Positions 1-11,248 of a DNA stretch of 32,000 nucleotides are shown piece after piece. Position 1 is the first letter of the stretch. Every line of letters begins with the position of its first letter. Source of the DNA: Vibrio vulnificus CMCP6 (lineage in GTDB: Bacteria > Pseudomonadota > Gammaproteobacteria > Enterobacterales > Vibrionaceae); contig NC_004459.3 of NCBI RefSeq assembly GCF_000039765.1, forward strand, positions 960,001-992,000, given 5' to 3'. A program made the position numbers and the translations under genes. Under the pieces are notes generated by a model. The model was not told where the DNA came from. It did not search any database and saw nothing but the letters and a program-made list of their open reading frames with translations.

Positions 1-268
1 AAGCAAGCAGCTCGTCAGCGGAAATACCTTGCTCGGCAAGCTCTTTCGCCATGGATTCAACCTGCTCTCCTTTCCGAGAATTGATAACCTGCTGAAACTG
101 ATAAACGATATCTCTGAGAACATGCAGTGGCACCTGTTTTGCTGCACTGCGAATACGCTCTTCACTTTGATTGCCCAGTTCAACGAGCAACTTGCCGAAC
201 ATAATTTTCTCTGGTGACTCTTCCATTTGTTCAAGGATTCGAGCCATTTCATATGTGGTTAACGACAT
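1..268 (-). CDS. Partial CDS (first 89 codons; the 3' end runs off the window). Small alpha-helical protein, possibly an H-NS/StpA-like nucleoid-associated protein.
   Basis: Absent from the ORF track because there is no stop codon in the window. My minus-strand translation from the ATG at 268-266 is MSLTTYEMARILEQMEESPEKIMFGKLLVELGNQSEERIRSAAKQVPLHVLRDIVYQFQQVINSRKGEQVESMAKELAEQGISADELLA, and it stays open to position 1. The ELAEQGISADELL segment resembles the H-NS linker (..ADGIDPNELL). The family assignment is tentative. Confidence 0.4.
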   Translation of the reverse strand, partial: MSLTTYEMARILEQMEESPEKIMFGKLLVELGNQSEERIRSAAKQVPLHVLRDIVYQFQQVINSRKGEQVESMAKELAEQGISADELLA

Positions 269-362
269 TACCTATCAATTCCGTTAAGTGTCGAATGGTG
301 GAGTGAGCGACAAATATACACGGCTTCGCCATACAGTAAAACTCTAAATTGGCGTTGCGTGG

Positions 363-1556
363 TTAAGCCACCACGCCTTTGCTGTGCCACTGGCGGCCCA
401 ATTTTGAAAACAGAATCCCTAATGCCGGAACCAGCAGCCACATTTGAATCGCAATCATCAGTTGAGGTTCTAACGCAAAACGCTGCATGGTGCCCACTAA
501 CAGACCCGCACCACTCATTTGGAATAAGCCCAGCAGTGCGGCAGCCGTGCCGGCTTTATCGCCAAATGGCTCTAACGCTTTACCTGCGGCGGCACCAAGA
601 ATCCAAGCAAAGCCGACGGATGACAGGAAGATAGGCAACATAAAGGCAAATGGCGTCGCGGTTTCTGCCATCACCAACATGACTACGCCAGCGATCGCCA
701 GAGTCACCACGCCCACCACCAGTGTATTGTGAGTACCCCATTTATCCATGAACTTAGGTGCCAGCATACAAGCCGCGATATTGATCGCCGCGTTGACACC
801 AAACCAGAAAGTAAATTGGTTCATGGTTAGGCCAAGCCCTTCCATCAACACCACAGGTGCTGAGGTTACGTAAGCGAGGATCACCGCCATCGCCAGCAAA
901 CACAGCGTGGCATGGAAAACAAAAGAAGGGGTACTCAACACGGCCCAGTAGCGGCTGAGTTTAAACACCGCTTGTTTTTCCGTCGCCGGGTTGCTCTCGC
1001 GCATGTTAAACAGCATCAGCGTGCCAACGACAACGGCAAAGCCCGCCATAAAACTGAAGTTAGCGCGCCAGCCAAACTGCTGGGTTAGCCAGCTACCCAG
1101 AATGGGGGCAAGCGCCGGAATGAAACAAATGGCCCCGTTAAGATAGCTGATCATTTTGCCACTTTTCTCTGGGCCGAAAATATCGCGAACTGTCGCAAAG
1201 GCTGCTACCGATGTTGCACACGCACCTAAGCCTTGTAGCAGACGGGATACCAACAACCATTCAATATTCTGCGCGCTCCACGCCAATAAAGCGCTCAGTG
1301 CATAGATGGTGATACCGCCCAATGCAACAGTTCGACGTCCGAGTTTATCTGCTAACGGACCGGCAAACAGTTGACCGACGCCCATCGCAAATAGGAACCA
1401 AGTAATCGTGTCTTGTGCTAATGCGTGTTCAACCGAAAAGGTATTGGAAATAAGTGGCAACGCGGGAAGATAAATATCAATTGCCAACGGGCTGAACAAC
1501 ACAAGCAAGGTTAACAACGCCATTTGTAATTTACTGGTTTGGCTCTGACCTGACAC
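363..1556 (-). CDS. MFS transporter, Bcr/CflA-type drug efflux family (12-TM)
   Basis: ORF 363..1748 contains LAIDIYLPALP and LADKLGRR motifs typical of the Bcr/CflA MFS subfamily. I trimmed the start to the GTG at 1556, which has a GGAG 6 nt upstream and gives MSGQSQTSKLQMALLTLLVLFSPLAIDIYLP. The longer track ORF would overlap the divergent LysR gene. Confidence 0.85.
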   Translation of the reverse strand: MSGQSQTSKLQMALLTLLVLFSPLAIDIYLPALPLISNTFSVEHALAQDTITWFLFAMGVGQLFAGPLADKLGRRTVALGGITIYALSALLAWSAQNIEWLLVSRLLQGLGACATSVAAFATVRDIFGPEKSGKMISYLNGAICFIPALAPILGSWLTQQFGWRANFSFMAGFAVVVGTLMLFNMRESNPATEKQAVFKLSRYWAVLSTPSFVFHATLCLLAMAVILAYVTSAPVVLMEGLGLTMNQFTFWFGVNAAINIAACMLAPKFMDKWGTHNTLVVGVVTLAIAGVVMLVMAETATPFAFMLPIFLSSVGFAWILGAAAGKALEPFGDKAGTAAALLGLFQMSGAGLLVGTMQRFALEPQLMIAIQMWLLVPALGILFSKLGRQWHSKGVVA

Positions 1557-1662
1557 AAAACACTCCAAATTGAACAAGAACTTTGATGAGAGTTTAACCG
1601 CCTCGTGATATGAACGGAAATGATGTATATTCATCGCTGATATTCTTATTGGGAAATTCAGA

Positions 1663-2604
1663 ATGAACATCGAAAAACTCTCCCGCCTCGACCTTAATCT
1701 CCTAGTCTGCTTGAAAGTGCTGTTCGAGGAACTCAATGTGACTCGCACTGCGCATCGACTTTGTTTAAGTCAATCAGCGGTGAGTAAAGCGCTGGCAAAA
1801 CTGCGCCAACAGTTCGATGATCCCTTATTCGTTCGACATTCACACGGGCTTACTCCGACAGCGCGAGCGCTGTTTCTCAAACCGAAACTGGATCTGTTGA
1901 TCAATCAGTTAGAGCATCTTACTTTGCCGGAAGAGTTTCACCCTGAAAGCAGCGAATACCGCTTTCGTATTGCCGCAGTGGAAAGTGTGTATCCCCTGAT
2001 CTTGCCGCACTTTCTGCCATCGATTTTCCAGCAAGCGCCCAACGTCACCATCAGCACTCATTCATGGTCAGAACAGACCTTCAAAATGTTGCAGCGCGGT
2101 GAACTGGATTTGGGTATGACTGGCAAAGACATCGACATCAACGATGCCAAGCTCACCATGCTGCCGCCGTTTGATATTTGTGAGCAGGAAATTTATCGCG
2201 ACAATCAGATGTGCGTAGTGCGAAAAAACCACCCAGCGCTGCAGCAGCCTTGGCATTTGGAAAACTACTTATCGCTGCGCCACGTGCAAGTACGCTGTGA
2301 CGGTAATGAACGCTGGCTGTTAGATTATCGCCTCGCAGATATTGGCCGTGAGCGCGATATCGCCATCACCGTACCCGACTTCAATAGTGCCGCGAACCTC
2401 TGTTCTTACACCGACTTTGTCTTCACCGCACCCAGCCACTTTGTCTTGCTCGCCGCCAAACAACTCGATTTACAGGTGCTGCCTTTGCCGATCGAATTTC
2501 CACCGATGGCATACACTCTGTTTTGGCACAAAGACAGAGAAAATGACCCAGCCTTAAGTTGGCTACGCAACATGATCACACAGAAAACCCTGCACCTTAG
2601 GTAA
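1663..2604 (+). CDS. LysR-family transcriptional regulator, divergent from the MFS gene
   Basis: 313 aa. The N-terminal HTH is LDLNLLVCLKVLFEELNVTRTAHRLCLSQSAVSKALAKLR. The divergent arrangement with a transporter is classic for LysR regulators. Confidence 0.9.
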   Translation: MNIEKLSRLDLNLLVCLKVLFEELNVTRTAHRLCLSQSAVSKALAKLRQQFDDPLFVRHSHGLTPTARALFLKPKLDLLINQLEHLTLPEEFHPESSEYRFRIAAVESVYPLILPHFLPSIFQQAPNVTISTHSWSEQTFKMLQRGELDLGMTGKDIDINDAKLTMLPPFDICEQEIYRDNQMCVVRKNHPALQQPWHLENYLSLRHVQVRCDGNERWLLDYRLADIGRERDIAITVPDFNSAANLCSYTDFVFTAPSHFVLLAAKQLDLQVLPLPIEFPPMAYTLFWHKDRENDPALSWLRNMITQKTLHLR

Positions 2605-2760
2605 AAATTTCGCCAATTGATTGCGCTGTTGGGCTAAAATGAGTAGCTTAACCGCCGATAGTCCTCCGGGCTCATCTATGGTCTGTGGTCCTTACATGGA
2701 AGATAAGGAGCAGCTCCCAACCTGAGCAAACGGAGCAAAAAGAACAAAGGAATCGTACAG

Positions 2761-4548
2761 ATGCACAAATCAACTCACGAGCGTGTTGTTGCCATTCGCA
2801 CTTGGTTGCAGCAGCACAATATCGACGCCCTACTCGTCCCACACGAAGACGAATACCTAGGTGAATATGTTCCCGACCATAACGAGCGCTTACATTGGCT
2901 AACTGGCTTTACCGGTTCCGCCGGCGCTGCCGTTATCACCCAAGAAAAAGCCGCCATGTTTGTTGATGGTCGCTACACTGTTCAGGTGACCAAACAAGTT
3001 CCTGCCGATTTGTTTGAGTATCGCCATTTGATTGAAGAGCCAGCGCTTGAATGGTTGCAAGAAAACCTCGCTCGTGGTGCATCTGTGGCCATTGACCCAC
3101 GCATGCACAGCGCCGCTTGGCTAAACATGGCACAAGCGAAATTGGCGGGTGTGCTTGAGCTTACCATTCTCGACAGCAATCCGATTGATGAGTTGTGGCA
3201 TGATCGCCCACAACCTGTGGTTTCTGACGTTCGACTGATGTCGACAGAGGCCGTCGGCCAAAGCTCTGCCGATAAACGCGCGAACATCGCACAGCTGATC
3301 ACAAAGCAAGGCGTTGATAGCGCCGTTATCACCGCGCTAGATTCGATTTGCTGGTTGCTCAACGTCCGCGGTTTGGACGTCTCTCGCTTACCAGTATTAC
3401 TGTCCCACGCGATTCTGCATGCTGATGGCCAGGTAGAGTTCTTCCTCGATCCTGCTCGCTTACCTGAAGGGTTTGATGTTCATGTCGGCCAAGGGGTGCA
3501 CGTTTTCCATCCTGAGACGCTGCAAGCTCGCCTTGAAAGCTTGACGGGCAAAAAAGTTCTGCTCGATGCCGGCACCAGTAACGCATGGTTTAAACTGGTT
3601 CTGCAAAACGCAGGCGCCGTCGTTGTCCCGGGTGCAGATCCTTGTTTGATGCCGAAAGCCGCCAAAAATGCGGTTGAAATTTCCGGCATGAAAGCATGTC
3701 ACCTGCGCGATGGTGCTGCGATGGTCAAGTTCCTAAGTTGGCTTGACGCACAAGTGGCACAAGGTATTTTGCACGATGAAGCAACTTTGGCCGACAAACT
3801 GGAAGCCATTCGCCGCGAAGATCCCACTCTGAAGGATTTGAGTTTCGATACCATTTCGGCAGCCGGCAGCAACGCTGCGATGTGTCACTACAATCATCAA
3901 AACCAGCCTCAACCAGGCCAACTCAGCATGGATACGCTCTACTTAGTTGACTCTGGCGGCCAATATCTTGATGGCACCACCGACATCACTCGTACGGTTG
4001 CCATCGGCCAACCTTCAGCAGAAATGATCAAGCAGTTTACTTTGGCTCTGAAAGGCCATATTGGTGTGGCTCGCGCTCGTTTCCCGAAAGGCACTCGTGG
4101 CTATCAAATTGATACCCTGGCTCGTCAACACCTATGGGCGGAAGGCTACGACTATGATCATGGTACTGGTCACGGTGTGGGCCACTTCCTGAGCGTGCAT
4201 GAAGGCCCAGCCAGCATTTCAAAACGTCAGATCGACGTGCCTCTTGTCGAAGGGATGGTGCTCTCTAACGAACCAGGTTACTACCGCGCGGACGCGTTTG
4301 GTATTCGTATCGAAAACTTGGAATTAGTGGTTGAGAAGCAAACCCAAGGTGACTTCCCTATCTTGACCTTTGAATCTCTGACTCGCTGTCCAATCGACAA
4401 ACGTAACATCAATGTCGATATGCTCACGCGTCCTGAACTCGCTTGGCTAAATGACTACCACCAAAAAGTGTGGGATGACATTAGCCCATTGGTTGAAGGT
4501 GACGCGCAAGTTTGGCTACGTGAAGCGACGCTACCACTCAGCCACTGA
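2761..4548 (+). CDS. M24-family Xaa-Pro aminopeptidase (long aminopeptidase P type)
   Basis: 595 aa. The C-terminal pita-bread fold carries metal-ligand motifs: YLVDSGGQYLDGTTDITRT, HGTGHGVGHFLSVHEGP, SNEPGYY and IRIENL. An AAGGA lies 9 nt upstream of the ATG. Confidence 0.85.
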   Translation: MHKSTHERVVAIRTWLQQHNIDALLVPHEDEYLGEYVPDHNERLHWLTGFTGSAGAAVITQEKAAMFVDGRYTVQVTKQVPADLFEYRHLIEEPALEWLQENLARGASVAIDPRMHSAAWLNMAQAKLAGVLELTILDSNPIDELWHDRPQPVVSDVRLMSTEAVGQSSADKRANIAQLITKQGVDSAVITALDSICWLLNVRGLDVSRLPVLLSHAILHADGQVEFFLDPARLPEGFDVHVGQGVHVFHPETLQARLESLTGKKVLLDAGTSNAWFKLVLQNAGAVVVPGADPCLMPKAAKNAVEISGMKACHLRDGAAMVKFLSWLDAQVAQGILHDEATLADKLEAIRREDPTLKDLSFDTISAAGSNAAMCHYNHQNQPQPGQLSMDTLYLVDSGGQYLDGTTDITRTVAIGQPSAEMIKQFTLALKGHIGVARARFPKGTRGYQIDTLARQHLWAEGYDYDHGTGHGVGHFLSVHEGPASISKRQIDVPLVEGMVLSNEPGYYRADAFGIRIENLELVVEKQTQGDFPILTFESLTRCPIDKRNINVDMLTRPELAWLNDYHQKVWDDISPLVEGDAQVWLREATLPLSH

Positions 4549-4582
4549 TAAGCAAATAGACACTGTCATTTGCAAACAATAG

Positions 4583-4621
4583 AAAAAGGGTTAAGGCATT
4601 TTGCCTTAACCCTTTTTGTTT
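4583..4621. terminator. Bidirectional rho-independent terminator between the aminopeptidase gene (+) and thiH (-)
   Basis: 12-bp perfect stem aagggttaaggc / gccttaaccctt (4586-4597 / 4603-4614), flanked by an A-run upstream and a T-run downstream. Confidence 0.85.
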
Positions 4622-4731
4622 CACGTGAAACATATCCACATGCCACTTTCGCTCTTTGCTGACATTATCGAACCGCGCTCAGACTCGCTCGATAACGACT
4701 GTATTGCCTAAGATAAGATTAGCTTTTTTGG

Positions 4732-5856
4732 TTAAGAGAAGCGAGCCCCAGAATAGGCGGCATGCCAATCGCGCCATACGGGATCGAACCCTTTACTACG
4801 AATCATCTGCTCCACTTCCGCCGCACTCCTTTCATCACTGATCTCAAACTGCTCGAGTTCAACATCAGGCATCGCATAACCGCCCGGCTGAGTTTTCGAT
4901 GCCGCTGACATCGACGTAATACCCAGTGGCAGTACGTTATCGCGAAACAGTGCCGATTCGCGTGTAGACAACGATAGCTCGACTTCTGGATTAAACAAAC
5001 GATAGGCACAAATCAGCTGAACCAGCTGCTTATCACTCATTACCGATTTAGGCTGCAACGCCCCTGCGCAAGGACGCAAGCGAGGAAATGAAATTGAATA
5101 GCGTGTCTGCCAATAGGTACGTTCCAAATAGTCCAGATGCGCAGCAACGTAGAAGCAGTCCGTACGCCACTCCTCCAAGCCGATCAGTGCACCAATGCCA
5201 ATTTTATCGATCCCCGCTCGCGCCAAACGGTCAGGCGTTTCGAGACGATAGTTGAAATTGGTTTTGTTGCCACGCAAGTGATGTTGTGCGTAAGTCGCAG
5301 GGTGATACGTTTCCTGATAAACCATCACAGCGTCCAAACCCAAAAGCTTCAACTCTTGATAATGCTCTTGGCTAAGCGGCTGCACTTCCATCGCTAGATA
5401 GTTAAAAGCGCGTTTGATTTGCGGCAGCACTTGGCGGAAATAATTCATACCAACCTTGCCTTCATGCTCACCCGTCACCAGCAAAACGCTGTCAAACTTC
5501 ATTGCCTTAATCGCCGCCATTTCTGCATAGATTTCTTGCACCGTGAGTGTGCGGCGCTTTAGGCGATTCTCCATCGAGAAGCCACAATACGTACACGCAT
5601 TGGCACAGAGATTGGAAAGATACAGTGGTATATAGAGCGATAACGTATTACCAAAACGTTTACGGGTTAACGCATAGGAACGCTGCGCCATCGCTTCTAG
5701 ATAGTGCTCCGCGGCTGGCGAAATCAGCGCTTTAAAGTCTTCTAAATCGAGTTTGTTTTTACTCAGCGCTCGCTCGACATCGAGCGCGGTTTTAGAGTAG
5801 ATCGATAATCGAATATCGTCCCAATTGAGCTGATTAAAATGTTCGACGAAACTCAT
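4732..5856 (-). CDS. thiH: 2-iminoacetate synthase (tyrosine lyase) ThiH, radical SAM
   Basis: 374 aa with the radical-SAM CxxxCxxC motif (CANACTYCGF). It is the last gene of the thiCEFSGH order. Confidence 0.92.
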   Translation of the reverse strand: MSFVEHFNQLNWDDIRLSIYSKTALDVERALSKNKLDLEDFKALISPAAEHYLEAMAQRSYALTRKRFGNTLSLYIPLYLSNLCANACTYCGFSMENRLKRRTLTVQEIYAEMAAIKAMKFDSVLLVTGEHEGKVGMNYFRQVLPQIKRAFNYLAMEVQPLSQEHYQELKLLGLDAVMVYQETYHPATYAQHHLRGNKTNFNYRLETPDRLARAGIDKIGIGALIGLEEWRTDCFYVAAHLDYLERTYWQTRYSISFPRLRPCAGALQPKSVMSDKQLVQLICAYRLFNPEVELSLSTRESALFRDNVLPLGITSMSAASKTQPGGYAMPDVELEQFEISDERSAAEVEQMIRSKGFDPVWRDWHAAYSGARFS

Positions 5857-5892
5857 GGTGTTGCTCCGGTCAACAGACGGCCCTTTCTTTTG

Positions 5893-6666
5893 CTAAGAAA
5901 GGCACTCATCGAGAAAAGAGGTCAATGGGCTGGATGCCACCGCATGCGACACTTTGCCTGCAAGCCCCGACTCATACGCCAAACGCCCTGCCTCAACCGC
6001 CAATTTGAATGCACGGGCCATGGCGATGGGATCGCGTGCAGCGGCGATCGCGGTATTCACCAGCACCGCATCAGCACCCAGTTCCATCGCATAGGCAGCA
6101 TGAGACGGTGCGCCAATCCCCGCATCCACCACAACAGGAACCTTCGCTTGGTCGATGATGATTTGTAAGAAGTCTTGCGAAACCAAGCCTTTGTTTGAGC
6201 CAATTGGCGCTCCCAAAGGCATGACGGCAGCGCAACCTACTTCTTCCAATCGCTTACACAACACCGGGTCTGCATGGCAATAAGGCAACACCACAAAGCC
6301 GTCTTTGACTAGCTGCTCTGCTGCCGCCAATGTTTCAATCGGATCGGGCATCAGGTATTTCGGATCGGGATGAATTTCCAATTTCAGCCAATTAGTGCCC
6401 AATGCTTCACGCGCTAAATGCGCGGCAAAAATGGCGTCTTTGGCGTTTTTGGCACCAGAGGTATTAGGTAGCAAATTAACACCCGCTGACAACAGTGGTG
6501 ACAAGATGTCATCTTGCTGATTGTGGATATCCACCCTTTTCAGCGCCATAGTGGCGAGCTGTGAACCTGATTGTTCGATGGCTTGTGACATCAATTGGCT
6601 GTTGGCAAATTTACCGGTGCCCGTGAACAAGCGAGAATGAAATTGTTTGTCTGCGATTTTGAGCAT
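5893..6666 (-). CDS. thiG: Thiazole synthase ThiG
   Basis: [20 protein letters not shown]... is a typical ThiG N-terminus. The start was trimmed to the ATG at 6666, which follows GGAGGA inside the end of thiS. The track ORF extends to 6828 through thiS and is not credible. Confidence 0.92.
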   Translation of the reverse strand: MLKIADKQFHSRLFTGTGKFANSQLMSQAIEQSGSQLATMALKRVDIHNQQDDILSPLLSAGVNLLPNTSGAKNAKDAIFAAHLAREALGTNWLKLEIHPDPKYLMPDPIETLAAAEQLVKDGFVVLPYCHADPVLCKRLEEVGCAAVMPLGAPIGSNKGLVSQDFLQIIIDQAKVPVVVDAGIGAPSHAAYAMELGADAVLVNTAIAAARDPIAMARAFKLAVEAGRLAYESGLAGKVSHAVASSPLTSFLDECLS

Positions 6667-6670
6667 GTGC

Positions 6671-6880
6671 TTATCCTCCAGCAATCGCCTGAAATAGTGA
6701 GATAGCATCACCACGACTGAGCGTTTTGGTTTGCCATTCGCTGTGTGGGACAACTTGATTATTGATTGCAAACACACAACCCAAGTTAGGTAGTGAAAGA
6801 TGCTCAATAATGGATGCCAAAGTCGCATTGGTTGGCACCTCGTAGCTTTCGCCGTTGATACTAATTGCTATGGTGTTCAT
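6671..6880 (-). CDS. thiS: Sulfur-carrier protein ThiS
   Basis: 69 aa ending in the diagnostic C-terminal GG (..LFQAIAGG). It overlaps the thiF stop by 20 nt, suggesting translational coupling. Confidence 0.9.
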   Translation of the reverse strand: MNTIAISINGESYEVPTNATLASIIEHLSLPNLGCVFAINNQVVPHSEWQTKTLSRGDAISLFQAIAGG

Positions 6881-7697
6881 TGCTTGATTCCTGTTTCTGA
6901 ATCTGACAAACGCGGCAACTTGGATCTTTCACTACTGCCAAATGCTGCCAACTTAACTTGAGCCCATCAAACAGATGCAACTGATGGCAAGTGGTTTGAA
7001 ACGCGCCCGTTGCCAGCTTTTGAATCGTTGCGATTGCCTGATAATTTCCCATTAGCCCCACGACAGGGCCAATCACCCCAGCATCACTGCACTTGGTCTG
7101 CATGGCATTTTCTGCAAATGGAAATAGGCAGTGGTAGCACGGAGGGTTTACTGAACTCGCGGCCGACGAGGTATCTTGCTGGGATTGGATTGAGTGGTAT
7201 GAGCTAAAATCAAACGCAATGAATTGCCCTTTCCAGCCAATTGCCGAGGCCGACACTAATGGGGTACGTTGATTCAGGCAGGCTTGGTTGATCAGTTGGC
7301 GCGATGGAAAGTTGTCCGTACAATCGAGCACAATGTCCGCCAACATCACTTCCAAGTTGAGACGTTCTTCATCCAAACGGTGGCTAATGGTGCGAACGCG
7401 CAATTCTGCATTGAGCTGCTTCAATTGCTCTGCGAGTGCATCCACTTTGGGGCTGGCGAGATGTTGCTGACGAAACGCAATTTGACGCTGCAAGTTACTC
7501 TCTTCAACCACATCATCATCCACCAACACTAAATGGCCAACGCCCGCAGCAGCCAAATAAAGCGCCGCTGCGTTACCAAGACCACCGCAACCGATGATCA
7601 GCACATGTGCTTGAAGTAAGTTGGCTTGCCCTGACTCACCAAATTCCGTTAATGCAATTTGTCTTTGATAACGAGTAAAGAGCCGATCAACCAACAT
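6861..7697 (-). CDS. thiF: ThiS adenylyltransferase ThiF (E1-like)
   Basis: Contains the nucleotide-binding motif [21 protein letters not shown] and C-terminal CxxC pairs (PPCYHC, CRVC). I prefer the ATG at 7697 over the TTG at 7721. It overlaps the 3' end of thiE. Confidence 0.88.
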   Translation of the reverse strand: MLVDRLFTRYQRQIALTEFGESGQANLLQAHVLIIGCGGLGNAAALYLAAAGVGHLVLVDDDVVEESNLQRQIAFRQQHLASPKVDALAEQLKQLNAELRVRTISHRLDEERLNLEVMLADIVLDCTDNFPSRQLINQACLNQRTPLVSASAIGWKGQFIAFDFSSYHSIQSQQDTSSAASSVNPPCYHCLFPFAENAMQTKCSDAGVIGPVVGLMGNYQAIATIQKLATGAFQTTCHQLHLFDGLKLSWQHLAVVKDPSCRVCQIQKQESSNEHHSN

Positions 7698-9021
7698 GAT
7701 TGGCCTCACTTGTTGGCTCAAGACTATGTGTGGATACTGAGTCTAAACGCAGCAGTGTTGTGTTAGGTGCCATCACTTGCTTGAAGTACTCTATTACCGC
7801 TTTCACATCTTTCGCCAAGGTAATCGCTCTCACTACCGCTAATGAAGAGACACCACATTGCCATACTGTCGCCGCATTGCTTTGATCAATACCACCAATG
7901 GCTACCGTGGGAACGCCGGTGATGGACTCATCATAAGGTATGGTATCAATCAATTGCTGATAGAGTTTTAATCTCACCAGCCCTTGCGGTAATGAAGGCA
8001 TTTGTTTTGTGGTGGTCGGGAAAATGTGCCCCAATGCGATGTAACTTGGCTGGAGTTGAACAATGCGTAACAGCTCATAATAACCATGCGTAGATAACCC
8101 TAACGCAATGCCTGCATTCGTCAGGGCGGCTAAATCAGCCACCTGCAAATCTTCCTGCCCTAGATGTACGCCATAGGCTTGATACTGAATAGCTAACTGC
8201 CAGTAGTCGTTGATATAGACTTTCGCGCCATAGTCACGACCTAGCTGGATCGCACGCACAATCTGTTGCTCCAAATCGACTTGGTTTGGATCTTTAATCC
8301 GCAATTGGACCGTTTTAATCCCCAAAGGCAATAACTTCTCAATCCAACTGACATCATCAACCACCGGATAGAGCCCTAACTGTTGAGCGATAACCCGCGG
8401 AAACGCTTTTGTTAGCCCTTCTAGATTGTGGCTTGGTAAGATGCCGAACTCATCCAAATGCAACACTGGTGTAGGAAACAAAGCAAAATCCGACACCCAT
8501 GTTTCACGTGAAACATTCAACATCGCACGCGCCAAAGTAAGGCAATCTTCGATTGGGAAATCAAGAGCACTGAGCGTGACCACCCACGCTAAATGTCGAT
8601 AAATCGATTCTACGCTCTCGTTTTGAGAGTGGTTTTGTCGTGATAAAAATCGTAGTGCGCGAGTTTCATCGGCTAAAGGATGTTGCCAAACATCAAACGC
8701 CTCACCTTGCTCCCCTTGCAAATTGATCAACAGCGTCTTGGCCTTGCACTCTGAGCCCAAATAACTGGATACCTCTGTCAGAGCAAGCGAATGATGGTAG
8801 TGAAGCGCAAAGTCATGCGCTCCGAGATGACGACTATCGTTATGGATAAGATCCGTCTCGAATACGACTGTTTTGGCTGAAGAAATCAGTTGCAGTGTAC
8901 GAGTTGGGCTGACGCCCAACTCTATATGGTCAATGGCAAAACCTTGCTGCTTTGCCAAGAGCAAACACTGCTGAATTTCTCCCGTCAGCTCAATAATGGC
9001 AGAAGGAATCAGCAGTCTCAT
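7687..9021 (-). CDS. thiE: Thiamine-phosphate synthase ThiE with a ~175-200 aa N-terminal extension of unknown function
   Basis: The C-terminal ~235 aa are colinear with E. coli ThiE (LGLYPVVDDVSWIEKLL, QLRIKD, INDYWQLAIQYQAYGVHLGQEDL, ALGHIFPTTTKQMP, VAIGGI). E. coli ThiE is about 211 aa, whereas this ORF is 444 aa. Confidence 0.9.
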   Translation of the reverse strand: MRLLIPSAIIELTGEIQQCLLLAKQQGFAIDHIELGVSPTRTLQLISSAKTVVFETDLIHNDSRHLGAHDFALHYHHSLALTEVSSYLGSECKAKTLLINLQGEQGEAFDVWQHPLADETRALRFLSRQNHSQNESVESIYRHLAWVVTLSALDFPIEDCLTLARAMLNVSRETWVSDFALFPTPVLHLDEFGILPSHNLEGLTKAFPRVIAQQLGLYPVVDDVSWIEKLLPLGIKTVQLRIKDPNQVDLEQQIVRAIQLGRDYGAKVYINDYWQLAIQYQAYGVHLGQEDLQVADLAALTNAGIALGLSTHGYYELLRIVQLQPSYIALGHIFPTTTKQMPSLPQGLVRLKLYQQLIDTIPYDESITGVPTVAIGGIDQSNAATVWQCGVSSLAVVRAITLAKDVKAVIEYFKQVMAPNTTLLRLDSVSTHSLEPTSEANHVG

Positions 9022-9023
9022 AC

Positions 9024-10985
<1,962 letters not shown>

Positions 10986-11124
10986 TTATGCTGGATAAAA
11001 AGGTTTTGGACAAAAATGCTTGGCGGAAAGTTGTGACAAGAGGCGTTGAACACACAATTTAGAGTTTCAATTTGTGGATTCAAGCTTTGATAAGACACCA
11101 GTTCGCACTGGTACAAGTATCTTC

Positions 11125-11206
11125 TCTTGTTCCCTTCGCAGGTTCTAACCTGATCAGGTTCAACGGATCCCGAATAAACGGTCTCAGCCCTAAGGCACTC
11201 CGACAA
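11125..11206 (-). promoter_or_regulatory. TPP (THI-box) riboswitch in the thiC leader
   Basis: The minus strand reads cGGAGTGCCttaGGGCTGAGAccgtttattcgggatccgttGAACCTGATCaGGTTAgAACCtGCGaAGGGAAc. This matches the conserved CUGAGA and ACCUGAUC-GGUUA-ACC-GCG-AGGGAA elements. A further hairpin, accagtgcgaactggt (11097-11112), lies in the leader before the thiC start. Confidence 0.9.
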
Positions 11207-11214
11207 GTGAAACG

Positions 11215-11243
11215 ATTATATGAAATCGGCTTGGTTAAACCAA
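11215..11243 (-). promoter_or_regulatory. Putative thiC operon promoter
   Basis: On the minus strand: TTGGTT (11243-11238), a 17-nt spacer, then TATAAT (11220-11215). The riboswitch begins about 10 nt downstream of the -10. Confidence 0.55.
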
Positions 11244-11248
11244 GCCGA
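11226..11248 (-). terminator. Hairpin downstream of crcB (probable terminator). It overlaps the -35/spacer of the thiC promoter.
   Basis: 9-bp perfect stem tcggcttgg / ccaagccga with a 5-nt loop. On the minus strand it is followed only by a short ttt-rich stretch (tttcatat). Confidence 0.5.

Noticed and set aside
29-217. A plus-strand 62-aa ORF with a TTG start at the left edge.
   Set aside because: The opposite strand carries a longer ATG-initiated frame, open to the window edge, with protein-like helical sequence. The plus-strand ORF is its antisense shadow.
363-1748. The track gives long N-terminal extensions for the MFS gene (to 1748), thiG (to 6828), the LysR gene (TTG at 28869), thiF (TTG at 7721) and trkH (TTG at 22382).
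   Set aside because: The extensions overlap neighbouring genes or terminators and add non-homologous residues ahead of well-conserved family N-termini. Internal ATG or GTG starts with better context were used instead.
2775-4222. A dense stack of antisense and off-frame ORFs (60-126 aa) lies inside the aminopeptidase gene, with similar stacks inside thiC, trkH, fadB and the multicopper oxidase gene.
   Set aside because: This is typical shadow-frame behaviour opposite strongly coding sequence. The products are low-complexity (Arg-, Ser- and Cys-rich) and have no start context.
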